A stretch of DNA of 63,909 nt, filler included. It is 6 parts of 6 records of this genome, joined end to end, with 100 filler letters (N's around TTAATTAATTAA, not from the genome) between each part and the next. Parts side by side here need not be neighbours in the genome. Positions count along the whole stretch, not along the records: positions 1 to 14,581 come from SRR2962707_2348; 5 more parts are not named here. The stretch is one strand, 5' to 3'. Below the pieces are notes generated by a model. It made no database searches and was not told the origin of the DNA. It was given only the letters and a program-made list of their open reading frames with translations. Positions 1 through 11,130 of this stretch are shown here, in pieces. Numbering within the stretch: the stretch's first letter is position 1; every line of letters starts with the position of its first letter. Made by a program: the position numbers and the translations under genes.

Positions 1-1
1 C

Positions 2-136
2 CTGGCCGAGTCCATCCGCATGCATCCGGATCAGGAAACCCTGAAGGGTATGATGGAAACTGCCGGCCTGGTGAACTGCAAGTACTACAACATGACCGGC
101 GGCATCGTGGCCCTGCACGTGGGAATCAAGCCCTGA
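2..136 (+). CDS. ubiE: Ubiquinone/menaquinone C-methyltransferase UbiE, 3' fragment
   Basis: Frame 2 reads [18 protein letters not shown]...[17 protein letters not shown], the UbiE C-terminus; TGATG overlap with ubiJ. Confidence 0.93.
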   Translation: MAESIRMHPDQETLKGMMETAGLVNCKYYNMTGGIVALHVGIKP

Positions 137-777
137 TGTTCCCCGGCCCGACCCTGCTTTCTGCGACAGGCGCCATTATTGAGGGCGCCCTGAACCGGGC
201 GCTGACATTGGACCCGGCCGGCCAGCGCGCCTTGCTGGGCGCCTTGGGCGGGCCGGTTCAGTTCACCATTACGGCCCCGGTCACCATGCACTGGACCCTG
301 AATCGCGTTGGCGAACGGGTACAGGTTCGCAGCCAGCCCGATCCGCAACCGGTGTTAATCATCACCGGGCGGCCGGTCGCCTTTGCCGCCCTGGCACTGG
401 GCGATGACCGGGTATTTGCCGACGAACGCCTGACGGTGGAGGGCGACACGGCCCTGGCCCACCAGTTGCAGCGCGCTCTGAACCAGCTGCAACCGGATTG
501 GGAAGCGGCCATGGCAAACCACCTGGGCGATGTGCCGGCCCATTTCATCGGCAAACGCATCCGCCAGGCAGTCAAGTGGAGCCGCCAGGCTTTCAGCACC
601 ATGAACGCCAATGTGGAGGAATATGTCCACGAAGAGAGCCGCACTCTGCCCGGCCGGCGGGAGCTGGAGGCCACATTTCAGGATATCGATGAGCTGAGCC
701 TGCGCACCGAACGCCTGGAGGCTCGGCTGAAGCAACTGCAAGCACCCGGTAGCGATAACAATACGGAGACCCTGTGA
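136..777 (+). CDS. ubiJ: Ubiquinone biosynthesis accessory factor UbiJ (SCP2 domain)
   Basis: SCP2-like N-terminus, PDWE...GDV.AH motif, coiled-coil C-terminus; between ubiE and ubiB. Confidence 0.9.
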   Translation: MFPGPTLLSATGAIIEGALNRALTLDPAGQRALLGALGGPVQFTITAPVTMHWTLNRVGERVQVRSQPDPQPVLIITGRPVAFAALALGDDRVFADERLTVEGDTALAHQLQRALNQLQPDWEAAMANHLGDVPAHFIGKRIRQAVKWSRQAFSTMNANVEEYVHEESRTLPGRRELEATFQDIDELSLRTERLEARLKQLQAPGSDNNTETL

Positions 778-2417
778 CCCGCCTGCAACGCCTGTTCCGA
801 ATTGCCTGGGTATTCTGCCGCTACCGGCTGGACACGTTTCTACCCTTGTCTGAACTGCCCACACCGCTGAAAATCTTTTTTCTGCTGGCACCCTGGCACC
901 TGTTCCCGCAGCCAAAACTGAGCCGGGGTGACCGCCTGCGCCTGGCCCTGGAAGAGCTGGGCCCGGTTTTCGTCAAGTTCGGACAGATTCTCTCCACGCG
1001 CCGGGATCTATTGCCGGATGACATGGCCGAATCCCTGAAACAGCTACAGGATCGAGTTCCACCGTTCCCCAGTGAACAGGCCCGAGGCATTATCGAGAAA
1101 TCGTTGGCTGCGCCCGTCTCGGAACTGTTTGCCGAGTTCAGTCCAGACCCCATGGCCTCGGCGTCGGTGGCTCAAGTGCACGCCGCAACCCTACCCAACG
1201 GCCAGAAGGTGGTGGTCAAGGTTTTGCGCCCCGGCATCGAAAAAGTCATCCGCCAGGATCTGGGCCTGATGTACCTGATGGCCGGCCTGCTCGAAAAGTA
1301 CTGGTCTGAGGGTAAGCGCCTGCACCCCGTGGAGGTGGTGGCAGACTATGACTCCACCATCCACGACGAACTGGATCTGCAACGGGAAGCCGCCAACGCC
1401 AGCCAGTTGCGCCGGAATTTCGAGAACTCCCCGCTGATCTACATCCCCTCTATCGACTGGGATTACACCCGAAAATCGGTGCTGGTGATGGAACGCATTC
1501 ACGGCATTCCTATTGCCGATGTACCCGCCCTTGAAAAGGCGGGCGTCAACATGAAGGTACTGGCGGAAAAAGGGGTGGAGATCTTCTTTACCCAGGTATT
1601 CCGTGACAGCTTTTTCCATGCTGACATGCATCCGGGCAATATCTTTGTCGATGTCAGCAATCCCGCCGACCCGAAGTACATTGCCATCGACTTCGGCATC
1701 GTCGGCACTCTGGCCCCCGACGACCAGAGCTATCTCGCCCGCAACCTGTTGGCCTTCTTCCGCCGGGATTACCGCCAGGTAGCGCAACTGCACATCCAGT
1801 CTGGCTGGGTGCCGCCGGAAACCCGCGTCAACGAGTTTGAGGCCGCCATTCGGACGGTGTGCGAACCCATCTTCGAGCGCCCCCTGAAGGATATTTCCTT
1901 TGGTCACTTCCTGTTACGCCTGTTCCAGACCGCTCGGCGCTTCAACATGGAAGTGCAGCCACAACTTGTGCTGTTACAGAAAACCCTACTCAATGTCGAA
2001 GGCCTTGGCCGCCAGCTCTATCCAGACCTGGATCTGTGGAGTACCGCCCAGCCGTTTCTGGAAGACTGGATGCGTAAACGCATCGGTCCATCCGGCCTGA
2101 TCAAGTCTCTGCAGAACCACCTGCCATCATGGCTCGAACAATCGCCAGAGATGCCCCAGTTGGTTCACGACGCACTACTACAGATACGCTCCAGCGGCCC
2201 CACCGAAGCGCAAAACCGGGCAACCCTGGCGCTGATGAAAGAGCAGCAAATGCGCAGCGAACGCCGTTGGCGCCGGGGCTTCATCGCCCTGGTTCTGGCA
2301 GGCGCGGCTCTGGTGGGCAGCCAGCCCCACGCCGGGCAGTGGCTGGCCGATCTGCCGGTCTGGAGCTGGGTCTTGCTTGCCGGAGCGGCAGGCGTCATGC
2401 TCCGGGGCAGTCGCTGA
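774..2417 (+). CDS. ubiB: Ubiquinone biosynthesis kinase-like protein UbiB
   Basis: [43 protein letters not shown] motifs; GTG start overlapping ubiJ stop. Confidence 0.97.
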   Translation: MTRLQRLFRIAWVFCRYRLDTFLPLSELPTPLKIFFLLAPWHLFPQPKLSRGDRLRLALEELGPVFVKFGQILSTRRDLLPDDMAESLKQLQDRVPPFPSEQARGIIEKSLAAPVSELFAEFSPDPMASASVAQVHAATLPNGQKVVVKVLRPGIEKVIRQDLGLMYLMAGLLEKYWSEGKRLHPVEVVADYDSTIHDELDLQREAANASQLRRNFENSPLIYIPSIDWDYTRKSVLVMERIHGIPIADVPALEKAGVNMKVLAEKGVEIFFTQVFRDSFFHADMHPGNIFVDVSNPADPKYIAIDFGIVGTLAPDDQSYLARNLLAFFRRDYRQVAQLHIQSGWVPPETRVNEFEAAIRTVCEPIFERPLKDISFGHFLLRLFQTARRFNMEVQPQLVLLQKTLLNVEGLGRQLYPDLDLWSTAQPFLEDWMRKRIGPSGLIKSLQNHLPSWLEQSPEMPQLVHDALLQIRSSGPTEAQNRATLALMKEQQMRSERRWRRGFIALVLAGAALVGSQPHAGQWLADLPVWSWVLLAGAAGVMLRGSR

Positions 2418-2444
2418 ACCATCAAAGATTCAGGATTCATAAAA

Positions 2445-2861
2445 ATGCAAGATTCTCCCGCTAACGTCGTACAGCCTGACTGGCTCGACGAGATCCAATG
2501 GACAGAAGACGGCCTGGTGCCAGCCATTGCCCAGGACGCCAATAATGGCGATATCCTGATGATGGCCTGGATGAACCGGGAATCTCTCCGGCTCACGGTT
2601 GAGGAAGGTCAGGCGGTTTACTGGTCCCGATCCCGTGGCAAACTCTGGCGCAAGGGCGAGAGCTCCGGGCACCAGCAGGTGCTCCGGGAAATCAGGCTCG
2701 ATTGCGATGCCGATGTGGTGCTGCTGAAAGTGGAACAAAAAGGCGGCATTGCCTGCCATACTGGCCGGCGAAGCTGTTTTTACCGAACCCTGAAAGATGG
2801 TCAGTGGGTGAGCGCCGATCCGGTTCTCAAAGACCCGAACACCATCTACGGCAGCAACTGA
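2445..2861 (+). CDS. hisI: Phosphoribosyl-AMP cyclohydrolase
   Basis: [31 protein letters not shown]. Confidence 0.97.
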   Translation: MQDSPANVVQPDWLDEIQWTEDGLVPAIAQDANNGDILMMAWMNRESLRLTVEEGQAVYWSRSRGKLWRKGESSGHQQVLREIRLDCDADVVLLKVEQKGGIACHTGRRSCFYRTLKDGQWVSADPVLKDPNTIYGSN

Positions 2862-2873
2862 GGAGCAGACACC

Positions 2874-3203
2874 GTGAGTGATGTACTGGAACGACTGGCA
2901 CAGGTACTGGAAGCCCGCAAAGACGCGGATCCCGACACATCCTACGTCGCCAGCCTGCATGCCAAGGGGCTGAACAAGATTCTGGAGAAGGTGGGCGAAG
3001 AGTGCACCGAGACGCTGCTCGCTGCCAAGGATGCAGAGCATTCCGGCGAAACCCGGGACCTGGTGTACGAGACGGCCGACCTCTGGTTTCACAGCCTGGT
3101 GATGCTGTCACGGTTAGGCCTGGGCCCGAAGGATGTTCTGGATGAACTGGCCAGCCGCTTCGACCTGTCAGGCCTGGAAGAAAAAGCCTCCCGGAATCCG
3201 TAA
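2874..3203 (+). CDS. hisE: Phosphoribosyl-ATP diphosphatase
   Basis: [31 protein letters not shown] before GTG. Confidence 0.96.
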   Translation: MSDVLERLAQVLEARKDADPDTSYVASLHAKGLNKILEKVGEECTETLLAAKDAEHSGETRDLVYETADLWFHSLVMLSRLGLGPKDVLDELASRFDLSGLEEKASRNP

Positions 3204-3289
3204 AGGAGTACCCCCAAGGGGTATTTCCGCAAGGGGTAGCGGTTGGCGTACAATGTCATGCAACAGCAACATTTGAACGAGGAACCCTC

Positions 3290-3517
3290 ATGGGTATCAG
3301 CATCTGGCAACTTCTTATCGTACTTGGCATCGTCATCCTATTATTCGGAACCAAGAAACTCCGAAACATCGGCAGCGATCTCGGCGGCGCCATCCGTGGA
3401 TTCAAAAAATCCATGAGCGACGAGGAAGAGAAGAACGCCGAACAGCAACCGCTGGAAAAACAGAACGCCGAGCAACAAGCCCAGGCGGAAGACAAGCCCA
3501 AAGAAAAGCAAGGCTGA
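3290..3517 (+). CDS. tatA: Twin-arginine translocase TatA
   Basis: [34 protein letters not shown]. Confidence 0.97.
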   Translation: MGISIWQLLIVLGIVILLFGTKKLRNIGSDLGGAIRGFKKSMSDEEEKNAEQQPLEKQNAEQQAQAEDKPKEKQG

Positions 3518-3528
3518 GCACCCCCTGA

Positions 3529-3984
3529 ATGTTCGACATCGGCTTTCTAGAGCTGCTGATCTGCGGCGTGATTGCATTGCTCGTGCTCGGCCCGGAGCGT
3601 TTGCCGACGGCGGCGCGGGCGGCTGGCCGCTGGATCGGTGGCGCCCGGCGCATGGTCAGCCAGTTCACCAGTGAACTGGACCGGCAGTTGAAGGCCGAAG
3701 AACTCCGGGAGGAGCTGCGCAAGGCGGGTGATGTGGGCCTGGACGATGTGGAGAAGACCGTGCGCGGCGCCCTGGATGAGGCGAAAAAGTACGAGCACAT
3801 GATCCTGCCGGACGATCAGACCCGCAAGCCCAGGCCGGCGCCGGCAACCCGGCGGGTCACGCCCCCCTCTCCGGAGGCGGACGACCAGCCCGAACCTCCG
3901 CATGAACCCGTCAGGGACGAGGCGGCGGCCAGCGATCAACCCAGTGAATCCTCACCGACCAGCCCTTCGGACAAGCATTCATGA
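3529..3984 (+). CDS. tatB: Twin-arginine translocase TatB
   Basis: MFDIGFLELL...GPERLP. Confidence 0.97.
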   Translation: MFDIGFLELLICGVIALLVLGPERLPTAARAAGRWIGGARRMVSQFTSELDRQLKAEELREELRKAGDVGLDDVEKTVRGALDEAKKYEHMILPDDQTRKPRPAPATRRVTPPSPEADDQPEPPHEPVRDEAAASDQPSESSPTSPSDKHS

Positions 3985-4763
3985 GTGCCACCCAAAACGG
4001 CCAGCAGACGTCGTCTGAACAGCAGGAAATGCCCCTGATCGAGCATTTGCTCGAGCTCCGCAACCGGCTACTGAAAATGGTGCTGGCGGTGATTATCTGT
4101 TTCGCAGTCATCTATCCGTTTGCCAACGAACTCTATCTTCTGCTGTCCCAGCCGTTGCGCGAACTTTTGCCGGTCGGCCAGACCATGATCGCCACCGACA
4201 TCACCTCGCCTTTCTTTGCGCCCCTGAAGCTGGCACTGGTTCTGGCGGTATTTATCGCCATTCCGATCATTCTCTACCAGCTCTGGAGTTTTGTGGCGCC
4301 CGGGCTCTATGCCCATGAAAAGCGGCTGGCCTTCCCGCTGTTGTTTACTTCCGTGCTGTTGTTCTACGCTGGCGCGGCTTTCGCCTATTTCGTGGTCTTT
4401 CCGCTGGTGTTTGGTTTCTTTACCGCCATCGGCCCGGAGGGCATTGTCGAACTACCTGATATCAGCAGTTATCTGAACTTCGTGCTCAAGATGTTCTTTG
4501 CCTTCGGCATTGCGTTTGAAATCCCCATTGCGACGGTACTACTGATTCTGACCGGCGCCACTACTCCGCAAGACCTGGCCGCCAAGCGCCCCTATGTGGT
4601 CGTGGCCTGTTTCATCATCGGCATGCTGCTGACCCCACCAGACATCATCTCCCAGACGCTCCTGGCCGTGCCCATGTGGATTCTGTTCGAGTTCGGCATC
4701 ATATTTGGTCGCCTCGCCTACCGGGAACGGGAAGAGGCCGACGGAGAAGAGCCCGAAGCCTGA
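3981..4763 (+). CDS. tatC: Twin-arginine translocase TatC
   Basis: MPLIEHLLELRNRL, FVAPGLY.HEK, LTPPD; six hydrophobic segments. Confidence 0.97.
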   Translation: MSATQNGQQTSSEQQEMPLIEHLLELRNRLLKMVLAVIICFAVIYPFANELYLLLSQPLRELLPVGQTMIATDITSPFFAPLKLALVLAVFIAIPIILYQLWSFVAPGLYAHEKRLAFPLLFTSVLLFYAGAAFAYFVVFPLVFGFFTAIGPEGIVELPDISSYLNFVLKMFFAFGIAFEIPIATVLLILTGATTPQDLAAKRPYVVVACFIIGMLLTPPDIISQTLLAVPMWILFEFGIIFGRLAYREREEADGEEPEA

Positions 4764-5482
4764 TGAATCTGGCCCTGCTGTTTGAGGAAGACTTCGTCGC
4801 CCCGGACCGGGTGCGTCTCCGCGGCCGTCGGCTGGAGCACCTGAAAACGGTGCTCAAAGCCGGCACCGGCCATCGCATACCGGCGGGCCGGGTAAACGGC
4901 CTGATGGGCCATGGTGAAGTGCTGTCAATGACAGAGACCGAGGCCGAATTGCTGGTAACCCTGAATCAGCAACCCCCTGCCCCCTTACCGCTCACGCTGA
5001 TATTGGCTATGCCCCGGCCCAAGATGTTCCGGCGGGTACTGCAGACCTGCGCTTCTCTGGGTGTGAAGGATCTCTGGCTGATTAACAGCTACAAGGTGGA
5101 AAAGAGTTTCTGGCAAACGCCCTGGCTCACCGAGGATCATCTGAGAGAGAACCTGGCCCTCGGCCTTGAACAGGCCAAAGACACGTTGATGCCTCAGGTC
5201 CATATCCGCAAGCTGTTCAAACCCTTTGTGGAGGATGAACTACCGACACTGCTAGTTGGCAAACGGGCACTGGTGGCGCATCCGGGCATGGCGGCCCCCT
5301 GCCCCACCCACCTCAATGAGCCGGCTGCCCTGTGCATTGGTCCGGAAGGGGGCTTTACCGATTACGAAGTCGGAAAGCTGGAGGAGGCCGGCTGCCGGAG
5401 CGTGCATCTGGGCCCGAGAATTCTTCGGGTTGAAACCGCTGTGCCAGTGCTGATCAGCCGGCTGTTTGACGCCTGCCTGTGA
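4763..5482 (+). CDS. rsmE: 16S rRNA m3U1498 methyltransferase (RsmE family)
   Basis: HL..VL, IGPEGGF, LGPRILRVETA SPOUT motifs; start placed at ATG 4763 (TGATG overlap with tatC). Confidence 0.9.
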   Translation: MNLALLFEEDFVAPDRVRLRGRRLEHLKTVLKAGTGHRIPAGRVNGLMGHGEVLSMTETEAELLVTLNQQPPAPLPLTLILAMPRPKMFRRVLQTCASLGVKDLWLINSYKVEKSFWQTPWLTEDHLRENLALGLEQAKDTLMPQVHIRKLFKPFVEDELPTLLVGKRALVAHPGMAAPCPTHLNEPAALCIGPEGGFTDYEVGKLEEAGCRSVHLGPRILRVETAVPVLISRLFDACL

Positions 5483-5503
5483 ACGGGCCGGCCCCGCCAC
5501 GGA

Positions 5504-6418
5504 TTACGCCGCCCGGCGCTCCCAAAGCTTCGCAACGGGCGTAATAACAAGAACCAGAATAGCACCCGCCAGCAGGCCAAACAGGCCATCCCCGACCGTG
5601 GTCACCAGCACTTCCGGCACTGAAGAAATCATTCCGGCCACATGGTGAATGGCCCCGTACACCGCCGGTATACCATGGGTCAGAATACCTCCGCCCACCA
5701 GGAACATTGCAATGGTGCCCAGTACCGACAGGGTTTTCATCATCCAGGGCGCCAGCCACAGAATGCCCTGCCCCAGCTTCTGAGCGAAGGCACTGGCTTT
5801 CTGGCTCAGGTAAAGGCCGGCGTCGTCCAGCTTCACAATACCCGCCACCAGCCCATACACACCGACGGTCACCATCAACGCCACGACGGTCAGCACCGCA
5901 AACTGCATTCCGAAGCTCTTGTCGGCCACGGTTCCTAACGTGATGGCGATGATTTCGGCGGAGAGAATAAAGTCGGTCCTGACAGCGCCCTTGATCTTGT
6001 CTTTCTCAACCGCTTTAAGGTTCACCTCCGGCTTTTTCAGAGCCTCCCGCAGCTCTTGCCGGTGCTTTTCTTCCTGCTCTTTGTGCAGGAACCTGTGAAC
6101 CAGCTTCTCGGCCCCCTCAAAGCACAGGAAAGCACCACCGAGCATCAACAGCGGGGTAATGAGCCAGGGTACAAAAAAGCTGATGGCCAGTGCCGCCGGC
6201 ACCAGAATGGCCTTGTTAATAAGCGAACCCTTGGCGACCGCCCACACCACCGGGATTTCCCGGGCAGGTCGAACACCGGTGACCTGCTGCGCATTCAACG
6301 CCAGGTCATCGCCCAGCACACCGGCGGTTTTCTTGGTAGCAGCTTTGGTCATCACCGCCACGTCATCCAGTACGGCAGCAATGTCATCAAGTAATACGAG
6401 CAGGCTGGAGCCGGCCAT
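5504..6418 (-). CDS. DUF808/YedI family inner membrane protein
   Basis: [41 protein letters not shown]. Confidence 0.9.
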   Translation of the reverse strand: MAGSSLLVLLDDIAAVLDDVAVMTKAATKKTAGVLGDDLALNAQQVTGVRPAREIPVVWAVAKGSLINKAILVPAALAISFFVPWLITPLLMLGGAFLCFEGAEKLVHRFLHKEQEEKHRQELREALKKPEVNLKAVEKDKIKGAVRTDFILSAEIIAITLGTVADKSFGMQFAVLTVVALMVTVGVYGLVAGIVKLDDAGLYLSQKASAFAQKLGQGILWLAPWMMKTLSVLGTIAMFLVGGGILTHGIPAVYGAIHHVAGMISSVPEVLVTTVGDGLFGLLAGAILVLVITPVAKLWERRAA

Positions 6419-6510
6419 AGACAGTTCCTTTGCAAATTGAACACGAAGGCGAGGAGTTTACGAAAACAGGCCGCCGGAAAACAGTTCCGGCGACTCAGAA
6501 TGGAAAACCG

Positions 6511-7737
6511 TTAGCGTTTTATACCCATAGCCTCGGCGGCAATGCGGTTCTTCAGCGGCGCCAGGTTGTCCAGCCAGCGCATACCGGTATTGCGCAACCA
6601 CCGGATGGCCAGCTCATCCCGGGCAAACAACTGCTTGAAGCCCTCCATGGCCGCCATCATCGCCAGGTTCTCGCCTTTACGGCGGCGCTGATAACGAGCC
6701 AATACGGTCTGGTCTGCCGGCGAAAGTGCCAGTTCTTTGGCCCGTCCCAGCTCGTCCAGGAGGGCCGACACATCGCCATAGCCGAGGTTTGCACCCTGGC
6801 CGGCGAGCGGGTGAATGGTGTGGGCAGCATCGCCCACCAGTGCCAGGCCGTCGGCAACATACTCCTTGGCATGACGCTGACGCAGCGGAAACGCAAAGCG
6901 GCGCGAAACGGATTCGATAACCCCGAGCTGCTGCTCAATCGCCCGCTCCAGCTCCAACCGGAATTGCTCGGTCTCCAACGCCATCAGGCGGCGGGCTTCC
7001 GCCGTATCCTGTGACCAGACGATAGAGCAATAGTGCTCGTCTCCAGACTCCGTCAACAACGGCAAAAACGCAAGCGGCCCGGTGAGCGAAAAACGCTGCC
7101 ACGCAGTGTACTGGTGCGGCTGCCGGGTACGGACGGTGCACACAATGGCTTGCTGATCGTAATCCCATTCCCGGGTAGCCAGTCCCGACCACTGGCGCAG
7201 CCGCGACTGGGCACCATCGGCCCCGACCACCAGTTTGGCGGACAGCGTTCGGCCATCGTCCAACTGGATGCCGGCTCCAGCACTCCAGCCCTGCACACGC
7301 ACACCATCCATCACCGTAACGTTACTGTCCGCCAGCTCGGTAAACAAAGCGCGGACAATCGACCGGTTCTCAACAATGGTACCCAGGGTATCAGCATGGA
7401 GTTCAGCCGCATCGAAGTGAATTCGACCGGTACCGTCGGCATCCCAGACCGTCATACCACGATAGCCGCAATGCCTGCCGGCCTGGACATGGCGCCAGGC
7501 CCGGAGACGATCCAGCAGCTGCTCACTGGCCAGGGAGATGGCGCTGACCCGGGGTTCGAAGTCATGGGTATGGCTGGCGGTCTCTCCCGGGGCCAACAGA
7601 TCCTGAACCCGGGCTCCTTCCACCAGCCCGGTATTCCAGCCTTGCCGCGACAACCCCAGAGCCAGGGCCGAGCCGACCATTCCGCCACCAACCACCAGAA
7701 TGTCAAAACACGCCGCACCCACCGACTCACCTGTCAT
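6511..7737 (-). CDS. ubiI: UbiH/UbiF/VisC family FAD-dependent hydroxylase, UbiI (VisC) by position
   Basis: GGGMVG, RVSAIS, GADG, GDAAHTIHPLAGQGANLG; follows ubiH in the pepP operon. Confidence 0.8.
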   Translation of the reverse strand: MTGESVGAACFDILVVGGGMVGSALALGLSRQGWNTGLVEGARVQDLLAPGETASHTHDFEPRVSAISLASEQLLDRLRAWRHVQAGRHCGYRGMTVWDADGTGRIHFDAAELHADTLGTIVENRSIVRALFTELADSNVTVMDGVRVQGWSAGAGIQLDDGRTLSAKLVVGADGAQSRLRQWSGLATREWDYDQQAIVCTVRTRQPHQYTAWQRFSLTGPLAFLPLLTESGDEHYCSIVWSQDTAEARRLMALETEQFRLELERAIEQQLGVIESVSRRFAFPLRQRHAKEYVADGLALVGDAAHTIHPLAGQGANLGYGDVSALLDELGRAKELALSPADQTVLARYQRRRKGENLAMMAAMEGFKQLFARDELAIRWLRNTGMRWLDNLAPLKNRIAAEAMGIKR

Positions 7738-9013
7738 GGTTTTCCGCCTCGAAAGATGACACTCCGGAGCCTACCAGCGGCTTGCGCCCACCGGTGCCCA
7801 TGGCTTTGCGGGCGAACCAGCGTTTGGCCCCCGGCAACAGATCCAGCCCCACCAGCCCTGCATCCCGGGCGGCGGCAACGGGCGCCAGCGGCTGCCCAAA
7901 TATCCGAATCAGGGAATCGGAGAACTGCACCGTCTGCTGCCAGTCCTGCCGATGCAGTTGTTGGTAACGCCCCAGTACCGAAAGTTCACCAATAGAAATC
8001 CCTTCATCAACCGCCCGACGAAACTGTTCCACCAGGGTCATCAATCCCCTGAGTGCCAGGTTAAAGCCCTGGCCAGCCACCGGGTGCAGGGCATGAGCGG
8101 CATTACCAACCAGCACAACCCCCGGGCGGGCGGGTTCATCTACCGTAGTCAGGTTCAGGGGATAATGATGGCACTGGCCAATGTGGCTAAAACGCCCAAG
8201 ACGCCAACCGAACCGTTCCTGCAGTTTCTGACATTTCTGTTCATCCGACAGTGACAGGATCTCGGCCAGAGCCTCGTCTTCCAGGGTCCAGACCAGGGCC
8301 GATTGATGCCCCGGCCGCTTCGGGGAACCATGGGGCAGCAAAGCCATGGGACCGGCCTCAGTAAAACGTTCATAAGCCGTAAACTGGTGGCTGTCACTGG
8401 TGGAGACATTGGCAATGAGCGCATTCTGACCATAAGCTTCGGTGCGGGTAACAAAGCCCAGTTTCTCCCGCAACCCGGAACGCCCGCCATCGGCGATCAC
8501 CAGACAACGCGCGGTCAGTTCCTTCAGTGCGCCATCCTTGCGGATGGCCACCCGGACACCGCCAGCCACGGGCTTCATGCCTTCCACCTGAGCCGGCGCC
8601 TGCCAACTTACCCTGGTGTCCAGCAAAGCCCGCATCAGGCAAAGGCCCATCCAGCGGTTGTCTGCCACATAACCCAGGGCATCCTGACCGTGTTCGTTGG
8701 CATGCAGACGGGTAGCGCCAAAACGGCCCCGGTCAGAAACATGAATGTGGCGGATCGGGGTGGCGTGCTCAGACAACTGTGGCCACAGCCCCAACTGATC
8801 AAAGATCAGGTGCGAGCCCCAGGCCAGTGCCGTCGACCGGCTGTCATAGCTGGGCTGGTAATCCTCCGGCAACGCCTCTGGCGACAGCGGAAACGCCTCA
8901 ACTACCGTTACCTTCAGTTCCGGCACCAGGCGCGCCAGGGCCAGGGCCAGAGTTGCCCCGGCCAGGCCGCCACCGGCAATGATCAGGTCAGTATCCACGC
9001 GCTCGGTATTCAC
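7727..9013 (-). CDS. ubiH: 2-octaprenyl-6-methoxyphenol hydroxylase
   Basis: PSYDSRSTALA, IHVSDRGRFG, GNAAH.LHPVAGQGFNL. Confidence 0.92.
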   Translation of the reverse strand: MNTERVDTDLIIAGGGLAGATLALALARLVPELKVTVVEAFPLSPEALPEDYQPSYDSRSTALAWGSHLIFDQLGLWPQLSEHATPIRHIHVSDRGRFGATRLHANEHGQDALGYVADNRWMGLCLMRALLDTRVSWQAPAQVEGMKPVAGGVRVAIRKDGALKELTARCLVIADGGRSGLREKLGFVTRTEAYGQNALIANVSTSDSHQFTAYERFTEAGPMALLPHGSPKRPGHQSALVWTLEDEALAEILSLSDEQKCQKLQERFGWRLGRFSHIGQCHHYPLNLTTVDEPARPGVVLVGNAAHALHPVAGQGFNLALRGLMTLVEQFRRAVDEGISIGELSVLGRYQQLHRQDWQQTVQFSDSLIRIFGQPLAPVAAARDAGLVGLDLLPGAKRWFARKAMGTGGRKPLVGSGVSSFEAENHDR

Positions 9014-9017
9014 TGAA

Positions 9018-10337
9018 TCAGTCCGCCATCAGAGCTTCAATATCGGCAATGGTCTTCGGCACGCCCTCGGTCAGGTTTCGGCAACCCTCTTTGGTGACCA
9101 CCACATCGTCTTCAATACGGATGCCAATACCCCGCCAGCGCGGCTCGACGTCGGAATTGTCGGGCGCAATATACAGCCCTGGCTCAACGGTCAACGCCAT
9201 CCCCGGTTCCAGTACCCGCCAGGCATCGCCGACCTTGTAATCGCCAACGTCATGGACATCCAGCCCCAGCCAGTGGCCTGTGCGGTGCATAAAGAAAGGT
9301 TTGTAGGATTCGTTGGCCAGAGCATCGTCCAGGGTGCCTGCGAGCAGGCCCAGATCGATCAGGCCCTGGGTCAGCACCTTCAGCGCCGCTTCATGGGGCT
9401 GGTTCCAGTGATTGTCCGGCTTCACCGCATCGATCGCCGCGTACTGGGCCGCCAACACCACTTCGTAAAGCGCCTTCTGTTCCGGGCTGAACTTGCCGCT
9501 GACCGGGAAGGTGCGGGTGATGTCCGAGGCGTAGCATTCCAGCTCACAACCCGCGTCTATCAGTACCAGGTCGCCGTCTTTCAGCGGTGCCGCATTTTCG
9601 ATGTAGTGCAGGATGCAGCCGTTGGCACCACCACCTACGATGGAGGGATAAGCGGTAGAGCGCGCACCATGTTCCATAAAGGTATGAATCAGTTCAGCTT
9701 CAAGATTGTACTCATACCCGCCCTGACGAGCCCGCTTCATGGCCCGGCAGTGGGCCTCGGCACTGATCTGGCCGGCCTTTGCCATCACCTTGATTTCGGC
9801 AGCACTCTTGTACAGCCGCATATCATGCAGCAGGTGCTCCAGCGCCACCAGTTCCCCAGGGGGGTGCGCTCCGGAACGAACCTTGCTGCGAATCACCTTG
9901 AGCCAGTCCATCACCCGGTTATCGAATGCCGGATCCTTGCCCAGCGGATAGTAGACCCGGCTGCGGCCTTCAATCATGCCGGGCAGAATATCGTCGATAT
10001 CTGCAATGGGGAAAGCATCGTCGAAGCCGTAACGTTCGATGGCGCCCTCAGGGCCCACCAGAAAGCCATCCCAGAGCTCTTTCTCCGGGTTCCGCTCCTT
10101 GCAGAACAGCACCGCCTCACCGTGCTCGCGGCCTGGAATCAGGGCCAACACCGCTTCGGGCTCGCCGAAGCCGGTCAGATACTGAAAATCGCTGTCCTGA
10201 CGAAACGGGTGTAACACATCGCGGTTACGCACCCGCTCCGGCGCCGCAGGCAGAATGGCGATGCTGTCCGGGGCCATCCGGTCCATCAACTTGCGACGGC
10301 GCTCGGCAAACTCTTTCACGGGAATGGTCACAGCCAT
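9018..10337 (-). CDS. pepP: Xaa-Pro aminopeptidase
   Basis: FRQDSDF.YLTGF.EP, DAG, YASDITRT, HWLGLDVHD, EPGLY, GIRIEDD. Confidence 0.97.
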   Translation of the reverse strand: MAVTIPVKEFAERRRKLMDRMAPDSIAILPAAPERVRNRDVLHPFRQDSDFQYLTGFGEPEAVLALIPGREHGEAVLFCKERNPEKELWDGFLVGPEGAIERYGFDDAFPIADIDDILPGMIEGRSRVYYPLGKDPAFDNRVMDWLKVIRSKVRSGAHPPGELVALEHLLHDMRLYKSAAEIKVMAKAGQISAEAHCRAMKRARQGGYEYNLEAELIHTFMEHGARSTAYPSIVGGGANGCILHYIENAAPLKDGDLVLIDAGCELECYASDITRTFPVSGKFSPEQKALYEVVLAAQYAAIDAVKPDNHWNQPHEAALKVLTQGLIDLGLLAGTLDDALANESYKPFFMHRTGHWLGLDVHDVGDYKVGDAWRVLEPGMALTVEPGLYIAPDNSDVEPRWRGIGIRIEDDVVVTKEGCRNLTEGVPKTIADIEALMAD

Positions 10338-10349
10338 GATAGCTCCTGA

Positions 10350-10946
10350 TCAGTGCAGGGTGGGCGAATCGCCTGCCGGCTTCTCCGGCTCATTGAACTC
10401 GGTGAACACCGCCAGCGCGCCAAGGCGCACGTACTCGGTAATTTCAAGCAGTTGCTGTTCACTTTCGTCGTCGGATTCTTCGTCCTCCGACAGCTGGCTG
10501 ATGGCCACCATATCCTCGATCAGCTCCCGGATCTCATCCGGAGCCTGACCAAGGGAAGCGCCGGCCGCCAGCGCCATGCCTTCCAGAAATCCTCGAACCC
10601 AGGCCACCAGGGCTTCCAGTCGTTGTTCGATGGCATAGTCGTCATCTGGCAACAACGGCTGAAAACTCATGTCGGTGGACTGCAATTGCTTGAGCGTTTT
10701 ACCGTAGGCGCTGTTCATAAAGGGGGCGAGGTCATCCGACTCTTCAGCCGCTTCATCAGCCAGCCCCATGTGTTCGCAAACCATAGCCAGCCACTCGGGC
10801 TCGTCAATACGTGAGCCTGCCGCCAGCCGGCCACAGAGCACGCCATGCAGCTCAGAGGGGTGGCTGAACGCCTTGTGCGCGGTAAACACGTTGGCCCAGC
10901 GTTCAAATTCAGCCGCACGGGCGGCGGAGGTATCGGTTTCGGACAT
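10350..10946 (-). CDS. ygfB: UPF0149 family protein YgfB
   Basis: SELHGVLCG, FQPLLPDD, W..GFL.G, EITEYVR; directly upstream of pepP. Confidence 0.88.
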   Translation of the reverse strand: MSETDTSAARAAEFERWANVFTAHKAFSHPSELHGVLCGRLAAGSRIDEPEWLAMVCEHMGLADEAAEESDDLAPFMNSAYGKTLKQLQSTDMSFQPLLPDDDYAIEQRLEALVAWVRGFLEGMALAAGASLGQAPDEIRELIEDMVAISQLSEDEESDDESEQQLLEITEYVRLGALAVFTEFNEPEKPAGDSPTLH

Positions 10947-11092
10947 GAAGCTGCCGTTTCCTTAAATCGGTGGTGTAAGTTCAGATACGCGCCGGGGCGG
11001 TGCCCCGACGAATACCGTATCCTAGCATTCTGGGGAAATCCTGGCACGAATACCCGGGCAGGCGGGGTTGCTTTTATCTTCACGTCAGACAA

Positions 11093-11108
11093 AAATGTTA
11101 TAACATAT
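11093..11108. promoter_or_regulatory. Zur box upstream of the zrgA-like gene
   Basis: AAATGTTATAACATAT with perfect palindrome ATGTTATAACAT (11095-11106), matching the gammaproteobacterial Zur consensus, about 25 nt before ATG 11131. Confidence 0.85.
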
Positions 11109-11130
11109 CAGATATGGACAGGATGACCCG

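Noticed and set aside
3209..3238. TACCCC-CAA-GGGGTA hairpin and repeated CAAGGGGTA before tatA
   Set aside because: Short and without a U-tract; cannot be distinguished from chance or ordinary promoter sequence
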